64,000 nt of DNA, taken from assembly GCA_934754505.1 (NCBI GenBank), contig CAKVIE010000003.1:51727-115726 (forward strand), read 5' to 3'. This document shows, one piece after another, positions 1 to 8,046 of the stretch (the first letter of the stretch is position 1; each line of letters begins with the position of its first letter). Both the position numbers and the translations under genes were made by a program. The DNA is from an uncultured Candidatus Melainabacteria bacterium (lineage in GTDB: Bacteria > Cyanobacteriota > Vampirovibrionia > Gastranaerophilales > Gastranaerophilaceae). A model generated the notes under the pieces. The model saw nothing but the letters and a program-made list of their open reading frames with translations. It searched no databases and was not told the DNA's origin.

Positions 1-1088
1 TTCAGTCCATTTTTAAGTCGGAAAACGGCGAAAACGGACGTGGTAAAAGTCAGCACGGTGCATGCGGAAAAGATTTGTATATCAAAGTTCCGATAGGAAC
101 GGTGGTAAAAGATGTTACTACAAATAAAATTATTGCAGATTTGAAAAATCCCGAACAAACCGTATTAGCGGCAAAAGGCGGTCGTGGCGGCCGTGGAAAT
201 GCAAGATTTGCAACTGCTCAAAAAAGAGCTCCTCAATTTTGCGAACCCGGAGAACCCGGAGTTGAAAGACATCTTGAGCTTGAACTCAAATTAATTGCGG
301 ATATTGGGCTTTTGGGTATGCCAAATGCAGGAAAATCTACATTTATAAGTGTTATAAGTTCAGCTAAACCGAAAATTGCAGATTATCCGTTTACAACTCT
401 TGTTCCGAATTTAGGCGTTGTCAGAAAGCCGACAGGCGACGGTTTTGTTGTTGCTGATATCCCAGGGCTTGTTGAAGGTGCATCTTCGGGAATTGGCTTG
501 GGACACGAGTTTTTACGCCACGTTGAAAGATGCAGATTTTTAATTCACCTTGTTGATTTGACGGCAGAAAATCCTATACAAAATTATTTAACTATTAACG
601 AAGAACTTGCAAAACACGACGAAAGACTTGCCGCTACCTACCAAATTGTTGTTTTGAACAAAACAGATGCGGTTGAACCGGAATATGTTGATAAGATGAT
701 AAAAGAATTTAAAGAATATTCTGATGATGTCTTTGCAATTTCTGCCGCAACACAGGCTAATATTAAAGAACTTATGAATTTCGTTTATCAAAAAGTTGAT
801 GAAATTGAAAAGCCTGAAATCGAAATTGAAACAGAAGAAGACGAAGCGGCTTATGACAATGATGATAGTGCTTTTGCCGTTTATAAAACAGGTAAAAACG
901 AATTTACCGTTGAGGGCGGAAAACTCTTTAGACTTGCTAATGTTACCGATTCTCAAAACCTTGAACAAATTAATCGTTTCCAAAATATTATGACGGGCAT
1001 GGGTGTTTTTGAGGCTTTGAAAGAAGCAGGTGTAAAAGACGGTGATGAGGTCAAAATCGGTCATATAGTTTTTGCATACTATGATTAA
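1..1088 (+). CDS. obg: GTPase Obg/CgtA (5' end outside window)
   Basis: Frame is open from the window edge (..FKSENGENGRGKSQHGACGKDLYIKVP). GGRGGRGN Obg-fold glycine motif, G1 GMPNAGKST, G3 DIPGLVEG, G4 NKTD, C-terminal OCT-like domain. Confidence 0.95.
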   Translation, partial: QSIFKSENGENGRGKSQHGACGKDLYIKVPIGTVVKDVTTNKIIADLKNPEQTVLAAKGGRGGRGNARFATAQKRAPQFCEPGEPGVERHLELELKLIADIGLLGMPNAGKSTFISVISSAKPKIADYPFTTLVPNLGVVRKPTGDGFVVADIPGLVEGASSGIGLGHEFLRHVERCRFLIHLVDLTAENPIQNYLTINEELAKHDERLAATYQIVVLNKTDAVEPEYVDKMIKEFKEYSDDVFAISAATQANIKELMNFVYQKVDEIEKPEIEIETEEDEAAYDNDDSAFAVYKTGKNEFTVEGGKLFRLANVTDSQNLEQINRFQNIMTGMGVFEALKEAGVKDGDEVKIGHIVFAYYD

Positions 1089-1680
1089 TCGTCAAAGTAT
1101 CAAATTTTTTGCGATATTTATTCTGTTTTTATCAACAGCTGTTTTGTGTTGCGGATACAGTAATAATGACGTCTTTCGTTTCAATAAAAAGAATTTTTAT
1201 TTGAATATGTCCTCGTTAAATTTGTCAGGCGGATATATCAATACATATTTGAAAAAAGGGCAGACCTCCGATAATTGGGACGAGGCGATTATAATTCACT
1301 ATAACCCGATAAGTTACGATGTAAAACCCGAATGTGAAAAGCTTCATCGAGTGGTTGAAAATATGTACATAAAGTATTATTCAAACAAACAGATGCCTAT
1401 TGCTATTGCGTACAACAGAATGACAAATACAGCACTTTTGGATTTTGTTGTGCCGTCGATGGAACATTCTGCAAAAAGACTCAATATGATTGAATATCAT
1501 GCTTTTAAATATCAAAAAAATAAAGACAGCTACGGCATAAAAATTTTTCAGTACAGTAAACATATAAAAGTAAATAATTTTAACGATGAAAGACTTTTGT
1601 ATGACTATTGGTGTAGAATAAGAAAAACGGTTCTACCCGAAGTAATAGATATGGAAATACCCAAAATTCAGAAAAGATAG
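1081..1680 (+). CDS. hypothetical exported or membrane-anchored protein
   Basis: ATG at 1081 overlaps the obg stop by 8 nt. N-terminal hydrophobic segment FFAIFILFLSTAVLCCG. No family recognised. Confidence 0.55.
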   Translation: MINRQSIKFFAIFILFLSTAVLCCGYSNNDVFRFNKKNFYLNMSSLNLSGGYINTYLKKGQTSDNWDEAIIIHYNPISYDVKPECEKLHRVVENMYIKYYSNKQMPIAIAYNRMTNTALLDFVVPSMEHSAKRLNMIEYHAFKYQKNKDSYGIKIFQYSKHIKVNNFNDERLLYDYWCRIRKTVLPEVIDMEIPKIQKR

Positions 1681-1691
1681 GATGTGTAAGT

Positions 1692-2660
1692 ATGAACAGC
1701 TTTTTAGCTCCACAAATCGAATATTTATTGTTTTTGCAAAATTTAAGAGAAATTACGGGCGGAATTTTCGATCAATTTTTTATGTTTATTACTTCTCTTG
1801 GAGAAATAACTTTCCCCGTTTTGTTTATCGCTTTTATTTATTGGTGTATAAGCAAAAAAGACGGCACATATATTCTGTTCAGCTGGGGAATTGGGGTTAT
1901 TATTACTCAATTTTTGAAGCTTTGGGCTTGCATCTATCGTCCGTGGATATTGGATTCGAGAGTTAAACCTATTCCTGAAGCTATAAAATGGGCGGGCGGA
2001 TATTCTTTTCCGAGCGGTCATACTCAAACGGCAGTTTGTGTTTGGGGCGGTGCTGCCGTATGTTCTAAAAACAATTTTATCAAAATTGCTTTGATTGTAA
2101 TTGCTTTGTTGATTGGATTTTCGAGAAATTATATCGGCGTTCATACTCCGCAAGACATTATTGTTTCAATTGTTGTCGGCTGTTTGCTTTTGTTTTTTAT
2201 GCATAAACTTTTGAAATGGGTTGACGGCGGCAAAAATAGAGATGTCATCATTTTGGCTTCCGTTTATTTGTTGTGTATCGCTTTGATGCTTTACGGATAT
2301 TTTAAATCTTATCCTATTGATTATTTTAACGGTAAAATTTTAGTTGACCCGATAAAAATGAAAATGTATTCTTTACCAAAAGTCGGAATGGTAACAGGGA
2401 TTTTCACAGGCTGGTTTTTGGAAAGAAGATTTGTTGATTTTGTTCCCGAAATCGGTTCTATAAATGAAAAATTTGCACGATTTATTATTGGTGCTTTGAT
2501 TTTGGTTGGCATATCTGCTGCCTTGGATTTTATTTTGCCAAACTTCGTTGATAAAAAATCTACAATGGCTATTTCAGCATTTGTGTCGGCAATATTTGTC
2601 ACGGTTGTATATCCGTTTATGATAAAAATGTTTGCAAACAGAAAGCAAAAAGCTGAATAA
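1692..2660 (+). CDS. PAP2-family membrane phosphatase
   Basis: Three PAP2 motifs (KLWACIYRPW, PSGHT, SRNYIGVHTPQD) and several TM segments. Confidence 0.85.
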   Translation: MNSFLAPQIEYLLFLQNLREITGGIFDQFFMFITSLGEITFPVLFIAFIYWCISKKDGTYILFSWGIGVIITQFLKLWACIYRPWILDSRVKPIPEAIKWAGGYSFPSGHTQTAVCVWGGAAVCSKNNFIKIALIVIALLIGFSRNYIGVHTPQDIIVSIVVGCLLLFFMHKLLKWVDGGKNRDVIILASVYLLCIALMLYGYFKSYPIDYFNGKILVDPIKMKMYSLPKVGMVTGIFTGWFLERRFVDFVPEIGSINEKFARFIIGALILVGISAALDFILPNFVDKKSTMAISAFVSAIFVTVVYPFMIKMFANRKQKAE

Positions 2661-3058
2661 TGCAATTTGATGATTTGTTTACAAATGTATTTTATTATTA
2701 CCTGCCGTTAGCAGTTGATTTGATTAAAATTTTCTTCAAAACAGCACTTATAACGGCTATTGTCGAAACTTTGTTTTTTTATTTTGCAAAATTCCGACAA
2801 AAAAAATTTTTGTGGCTCGTTTTTTGGACAAATATTGTTACAAATTTGGCTTTGAACGGTGCATTGTCACTTTTACCAAATAAAAACGAATATTTTATCT
2901 GCGGCGAAATTATCGTCTTTTTGGTTGAATTTTGCTTGTTTAGTTTTGCTTTCGGCAATAGAAATAAGTATAATATCAAAAGATTATTCACAACTACCCT
3001 GACGGCTAATTTACTAACAATTATTCTCGGTTTAATCTGTGAAATATATATAAAGTAA
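2660..3058 (+). CDS. small polytopic membrane protein, unknown function
   Basis: TAATG overlap with the PAP2 gene stop. About four hydrophobic helices. No family recognised. Confidence 0.5.
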   Translation: MQFDDLFTNVFYYYLPLAVDLIKIFFKTALITAIVETLFFYFAKFRQKKFLWLVFWTNIVTNLALNGALSLLPNKNEYFICGEIIVFLVEFCLFSFAFGNRNKYNIKRLFTTTLTANLLTIILGLICEIYIK

Positions 3059-3225
3059 ATTTTGTATATACAAGTAAACGATAGAATTAATTGCACTTTG
3101 ACAGAAAAATTAAGTTTTGTAACAAAATAGATACATGCTGAAATTCGCACTTCTGAAATGTTTTTATATAAGTAAGGATATAAAAAGTATATAAAGTATC
3201 CTGAGAGTATATAGAGGGACAGAGT

Positions 3226-3576
3226 ATGGGACTTGGATTATCATTTGGACATTTATCATTAGGCGCAGGAAAAAACAACAATTCCAAGTTAAACAATAAT
3301 GAAAACAGAAGTAATAATTCAGAAACGGCAGGCAGCTTAGCATTCAAAGGCGAAAGTGCAGGAAGCTTAGCTTTTAAGGGTGAAAGTGCCGGTTCGTTGG
3401 CATTTGTAAACGGTGAAACGGCCGGAAGTTTGGCTTTCCTCGGAGAGTCGGCAGGAAGCATCGCATTCAATGGCGAAAGCGCAGGTAGCGTTGCATTCCT
3501 CGAGGGAGGTTTGGACTTCTCAATGTTTGAATCATCTGATTCAACGCCAAGCACCGGATTAAATTCATTTGCTTAA
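3226..3576 (+). CDS. tandem-decapeptide repeat protein, unknown function
   Basis: GAGGGA (3214-3219) lies 6 nt upstream of the ATG. Six GE(S/T)AGS(L/I/V)AF-type repeats with synonymous codon variation. Hairpin plus T-tract downstream. Confidence 0.6.
   Translation: MGLGLSFGHLSLGAGKNNNSKLNNNENRSNNSETAGSLAFKGESAGSLAFKGESAGSLAFVNGETAGSLAFLGESAGSIAFNGESAGSVAFLEGGLDFSMFESSDSTPSTGLNSFA
3322..3504 (+). repeat. six tandem 30/33-nt coding repeats
   Basis: Units at 3322-3351, 3352-3381, 3382-3414 (33 nt), 3415-3444, 3445-3474 and 3475-3504. The peptide is conserved while third codon positions differ. Confidence 0.9.
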
Positions 3577-3627
3577 ACTGAATTAAGGGGATACTTTAAA
3601 TCCCTGACAAAAATATAAGCAGCAAAA

Positions 3628-3653
3628 CGAGAGGTTATAGTCCTCTTTTTTTG
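3628..3653 (+). terminator. putative intrinsic terminator of the repeat ORF
   Basis: AGAGG (3630-3634) pairs with CCTCT (3642-3646), followed by a T7 tract. The stem is short. Confidence 0.45.
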
Positions 3654-3677
3654 TTGGCTTATTTTTTTGCTTAAATT

Positions 3678-3792
3678 TTATAATTCAGAAACGTTTGTAA
3701 AATCAAAACCGCCCATAGCTTTGTATAAATCAATCATTGCGATAATGACATTAGTTTTTGCCGAAACTTTTGCAATTAACAGTCGTCTTGTT
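3678..3792 (-). pseudogene. relic of the C-terminus of a TolC/NodT-type outer-membrane efflux protein
   Basis: Minus-frame translation is ..RRLLIAKVSAKTNVIIAMIDLYKAMGGFDFTNVSEL*. The LYKA[LM]GG ending is typical of this family. The frame is closed about 37 codons upstream and has no start. Confidence 0.4.
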
Positions 3793-3911
3793 TTAGTTAT
3801 ATATTAGGTGCATTTTTAAAATTTTATATATTTTTACCAACAAAAATAAAAATTCTCAGTTTTGCAAATTAGAAAAAATTCTATTAATGGATTTTTAAAT
3901 ATACTAAAAAC

Positions 3912-3941
3912 GAGAGCCTTTAGATTTCTCTAAAAGCTCTC
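3912..3941. terminator. bidirectional hairpin terminator downstream of PFOR
   Basis: 13-bp stem with one mismatch (gagagcctttaga / tctaaaagctctc) and a 4-nt loop. T-rich tracts follow on both strands. Confidence 0.65.
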
Positions 3942-3975
3942 ATTTTTATATTATTTGCATTTGTTATGCGAATAA

Positions 3976-6900
3976 TTATTTCATCAATTCTCCGACTGAT
4001 TTGTAAACAGCCATTCTCTTAGCTGCATCTGCTTCAGCTTGAGTGTATAATTCTTCAGCTGCTTCAGGGTTTGTCTTGAGAAGTGATTTGTAACGACCTT
4101 CACTTCTGATGAAGTCTTGGTAGCTTCCTTTCGGATCTTTTGCATCCCAAGTGAAAGGTGTTTCGCTTGCAGGATTGTATCTGTAAAGCGGGAAGTAACC
4201 TGCTTCAACTGCACGTTTTTGTTCGGTTTGAGTTTTACTCATATCGATACCGTGTGCGATACAAGGTGCGTATGCGAAGATGATTGACGGTCCGTCGTAT
4301 GCTTCAGCTTCTTGGAATGCTTTCAATGTTTGGTTTCTGTCAGCTCCCAATGCTACTGATGCTACATAAACATATCCGTATGACATGCTCATTAAGCCCA
4401 TGTTCTTCTTGTATGTTTTCTTACCGCCTGTTGCGAATTTAGCAACTGCACCTGTCGGTGTTGATTTTGATGCTTGTCCGCCTGTGTTCGAGTAAACTTC
4501 TGTATCAAGAACGAGGATATTTACGTTTTTGTTTTGTGCAAGAACGTGGTCAATACCGCCGTATCCGATATCGTTTGCCCAACCGTCGCCACCGATAATC
4601 CATACAGATTTATCTGTGAAGTAGTCTTGAAGTTCACGAACTTTTGCTAAATCAGGACATCCGCAATCTGCATATTTTGCAAGAACTGCTTTTGCTTCGT
4701 CTTGTGCTTTTAATGCTTCTGCAGTTTTTGAATTGTCGAAGTGTGCCATTGCGTTGTTCAAAGCATCTTTCAAATCTTGAGGAGCTTTTTCACTTGCAAC
4801 AACTTTTTCAACGTAGTTTTTCAAAGTTTGTCTGTTTGAATCAACTGCTAATCTCATACCAAAACCGAATTCAGCGTTGTCTTCGAACAATGAGTTAGCC
4901 CATGCCGGACCTCTGCCTTCTTTTGTTTTTGTATAAGGAATTGTCGGGAATGTACCCGAGTAAATTGATGAACATCCTGTTGCGTTTGCAACGATTGCAT
5001 TTTCACCGAATAATTGTGAAACCAATTTAACATAAGGTGTTTCACCACAACCTGCACAAGCACCAGAGAATTCAAACAACGGTTTTCTGAGCATTGCACC
5101 TTTAACTGTCTTAATTGTGTTTTTGCCCATTACGTTGTCAGGTAATTCATCGAAGTATTTTTCGTTAACAAGTTCGCCTGCTGCTTCTTCTTTTTCAATT
5201 GAAGACCAAGTAAGTGCTTGTTTTTCAGGGTTTTTGTTTGCAGGACATTGGTCGATACAAACACCGCAGCCTGTACAATCTAAGCAGTAAACTTGAACTT
5301 TGAATTTTTCACCGTTTGCATTCGGTTTTGCATCAACTGTATTGAAGCTTGCCGGTGCATCTTTCAAGCTGTCTGCTTCTGCAAGTTTTGTTCTGATTGC
5401 TGCGTGAGGACATGCTGATGCACAGATACCGCATTGTAAGCAGTATTCTGAATTCCATTTCGGAACTCTCGGTGCAATACCACGTTTTTCGAGGCAAGCT
5501 GTACCTGTCGGAATTGTACCGTCGCAAGACATTGCTGATACAGGAATGTCATCGCCTTTTTGACGCATTGACGGTTCAATGATTTTCTTAGCAAATTCAT
5601 CTGCATCATCAGGAATCATCTTAACTTGCGGAGCACAAGCAACACCGTCTAATGATGAAGGAACAGGAACTTCTTGGCAAGCATCTACTGCTGCATCAAT
5701 CAACGCGAGGTTCATGTTTACAACATCATCACCTTTTTTCTTAAAGGTTTTCTTCGTCATTTCTTTCATACCTTCGAGTGCTTGTTCGAAAGGAATGATT
5801 CCTGAAACTTTGAAGTAGGCAACCATCATTACTGTGTTTGCACCTTTGCCTCTTAAACCGGGTTGTTGTTTGATTAATTGTTCTGCATCAACGTTGTAGA
5901 ATTTGATTTTCTTGTTGATGATTGTTTCTTGCATATCTCTTGTTAAATGTGCAAATGCTTCTTCTTTTGAATAAGGAGAATTTAACAGGAAAGTACCGCC
6001 TTCTTTAATACCTTTGAGCAAGTCATATCTGCCGATATAAGCGTGTGCCGAACAAGATACAAAATCAGGTGCGGTAATTAAGTATGTTGATTTGATGTGT
6101 TTGTCGCCAAATCTCAAGTGAGATACTGTTACACCGAATGATTTCTTTGAATCGTATGCAAAGTATGCTTGAGCATCTTTGTTAGTGTATTGACCGATAA
6201 TCTTAATTGAGTTTTTGTTAGCACCAACCGTACCGTCTGAACCCAAGCCCCAGAACATACAGTTTGTTGTTCCTTCAGGTTCTGTTACGATATGTTCTTC
6301 AATTTTCAATGAAGTGTTTGTAACATCATCATCAATACCAACCGTAAATCCGTGGAATCCGTTGTTTTCGCTGTGTTTGTAAACTGCGTAAACCATTGAC
6401 GGTGTGAATTCTTTTGATGACAAGCCGTAACGACCGCCGATAATTCTGATGTCTTTGCCTGCTAATGCTGCAACTACATCGAGGTATAAAGGTTCGCCGA
6501 TTGCACCGGGTTCTTTTGTTCTGTCGAGAACTGCAATACGTTTTACTGATGAAGGCAATGCTTCGTTAAATCTCTTAACGTCGAACGGTCTGTACAATCT
6601 GACTTTAACCAAACCGTATTTAGTTCCTCTGTTTGTATTGAGGTAATCGATTGTTTCTTCGATAGCTTCACAGCCTGAACCCATTGCTACGATTACATCT
6701 GTTGCATCAGGTGCACCAACGTAATCAAACGGGTGATATTGTCTGCCTGTTACTTTCGCAACTTTGTCCATATATTCTTGAACAATGTCAGGAACTGCAT
6801 TGTAGTATTTATTAACTGTTTCACGTCCTTGGAAGTAAACGTCCGTGTTTTGTGCACCGACTTTACAAATAGGAGCTTCAGGTCTTAAACCTCTTTGTCT

Positions 6901-7509
6901 GAATTCTTCAATATATTTAGGTTCAACTAAGCTTGCAATATCTTCGTAAGAAATTTCTTCAATTTTGTGAATTTCGTGTGAAGTTCTGAAACCGTCGAAG
7001 AATTGTAAGAACGGAACTTTAGCTTTGTAAGTTGACAAGTGAGCAACTAAAGCCATATCCATTTCTTCTTGAACAGAGTTTGCAGCTAACATTGCATAAC
7101 CTGTGTTACGGCAGCCCATTACATCAGAGTGATCACCGAAAATTGCCAAAGATTGTGCTGCGATAGCTCTTGCTGAAACGTGGATAACGTGCGGGAGCAT
7201 TTCACCTGCAACTTTGTGCATTACAGGAATCATAAGTAATAAGCCTTGTGATGCCGTATATGTTGATGTCAAAGAACCTGCTGCCAATGAACCGTGAACG
7301 GCACCTGCTGCGCCTGCTTCAGATTGCATTTCTGCAACGAGAACTTCTTTGCCCCAAATGTTTTTCTTATGTTGGGACGCCCATTCATCAACCCATTCAC
7401 CCATTGTAGATGAAGGAGTGATAGGGTAAATTGCCGATACTTCGCTGAGTGCATACGCAACGTGTGCTGCAGCGTAGTTTCCATCGACTGTTATTGTCTT
7501 TCCTGCCAT
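3976..7509 (-). CDS. nifJ: pyruvate:ferredoxin (flavodoxin) oxidoreductase
   Basis: 1177 aa single-chain PFOR architecture. Two 4Fe-4S motifs (CLQCGICASACP, CTGCGVCIDQCP) and a TPP region GGDGWANDIGYGG. Confidence 0.97.
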   Translation of the reverse strand: MAGKTITVDGNYAAAHVAYALSEVSAIYPITPSSTMGEWVDEWASQHKKNIWGKEVLVAEMQSEAGAAGAVHGSLAAGSLTSTYTASQGLLLMIPVMHKVAGEMLPHVIHVSARAIAAQSLAIFGDHSDVMGCRNTGYAMLAANSVQEEMDMALVAHLSTYKAKVPFLQFFDGFRTSHEIHKIEEISYEDIASLVEPKYIEEFRQRGLRPEAPICKVGAQNTDVYFQGRETVNKYYNAVPDIVQEYMDKVAKVTGRQYHPFDYVGAPDATDVIVAMGSGCEAIEETIDYLNTNRGTKYGLVKVRLYRPFDVKRFNEALPSSVKRIAVLDRTKEPGAIGEPLYLDVVAALAGKDIRIIGGRYGLSSKEFTPSMVYAVYKHSENNGFHGFTVGIDDDVTNTSLKIEEHIVTEPEGTTNCMFWGLGSDGTVGANKNSIKIIGQYTNKDAQAYFAYDSKKSFGVTVSHLRFGDKHIKSTYLITAPDFVSCSAHAYIGRYDLLKGIKEGGTFLLNSPYSKEEAFAHLTRDMQETIINKKIKFYNVDAEQLIKQQPGLRGKGANTVMMVAYFKVSGIIPFEQALEGMKEMTKKTFKKKGDDVVNMNLALIDAAVDACQEVPVPSSLDGVACAPQVKMIPDDADEFAKKIIEPSMRQKGDDIPVSAMSCDGTIPTGTACLEKRGIAPRVPKWNSEYCLQCGICASACPHAAIRTKLAEADSLKDAPASFNTVDAKPNANGEKFKVQVYCLDCTGCGVCIDQCPANKNPEKQALTWSSIEKEEAAGELVNEKYFDELPDNVMGKNTIKTVKGAMLRKPLFEFSGACAGCGETPYVKLVSQLFGENAIVANATGCSSIYSGTFPTIPYTKTKEGRGPAWANSLFEDNAEFGFGMRLAVDSNRQTLKNYVEKVVASEKAPQDLKDALNNAMAHFDNSKTAEALKAQDEAKAVLAKYADCGCPDLAKVRELQDYFTDKSVWIIGGDGWANDIGYGGIDHVLAQNKNVNILVLDTEVYSNTGGQASKSTPTGAVAKFATGGKKTYKKNMGLMSMSYGYVYVASVALGADRNQTLKAFQEAEAYDGPSIIFAYAPCIAHGIDMSKTQTEQKRAVEAGYFPLYRYNPASETPFTWDAKDPKGSYQDFIRSEGRYKSLLKTNPEAAEELYTQAEADAAKRMAVYKSVGELMK

Positions 7510-7707
7510 ATTATTAGGTCCTCCTTTAATACTTCCTGATAAATATGTTTTTACATTTTAAAATGTATCGTGAACATGTCAAAAATACAAGAATTTTTGC
7601 ATGTTTTCTTATTGAATGTTCATCAAAAATTTTCAAATTTTTTGTGTTTTATAATAATTATTTTTAACTTATTGCCCAAAATGATGTCTTGTAGGATAAT
7701 ATAAGGC

Positions 7708-8046
7708 ATGGAGAAAAATAAAAATATACTTAAATTTCCCGATAAGCTCGTAAAAAAACATTCTAACGGTAAAAATATTACCATCAAAAATTTTTGCGGA
7801 TTTGATTACGTCAAGATGGACAAAGACCTAAACGGCACACCGTTTATAAAAGAAAGTTTAATTGAATATTCCGCCGATTGTATGTATATGGTCCGTGTAA
7901 TGAGAGAAATTTCGGGCAAAGCATATTTATATAATTATTATGTTTCTCAAAACAAATTATGTGAGTTCTTAAATGCCCTCGAATCAGGTAAATTCGACGG
8001 TAAACTCATTGAAGTAGAAAAATATATTCCCGAAGATTTAGCATAA
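7708..8046 (+). CDS. hypothetical protein coupled to the radical SAM gene
   Basis: 112 aa with a TAATG overlap onto the next gene. No family recognised. Confidence 0.5.
   Translation: MEKNKNILKFPDKLVKKHSNGKNITIKNFCGFDYVKMDKDLNGTPFIKESLIEYSADCMYMVRVMREISGKAYLYNYYVSQNKLCEFLNALESGKFDGKLIEVEKYIPEDLA

Noticed and set aside
3322-3504. Pentapeptide-repeat (A[DN]LXX) interpretation of the decapeptide repeats
   Set aside because: The 10-residue unit does not split into two pentapeptides with a central L/F and an Ala at position i-2.
3087-3554. 155-aa minus-strand ORF antisense to the decapeptide-repeat gene
   Set aside because: It is open only because the repeat is periodic. It has no SD or terminator in that orientation, and the plus frame has both. 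It yields a mirror-image low-complexity peptide (ALSPLNAKLPA..).
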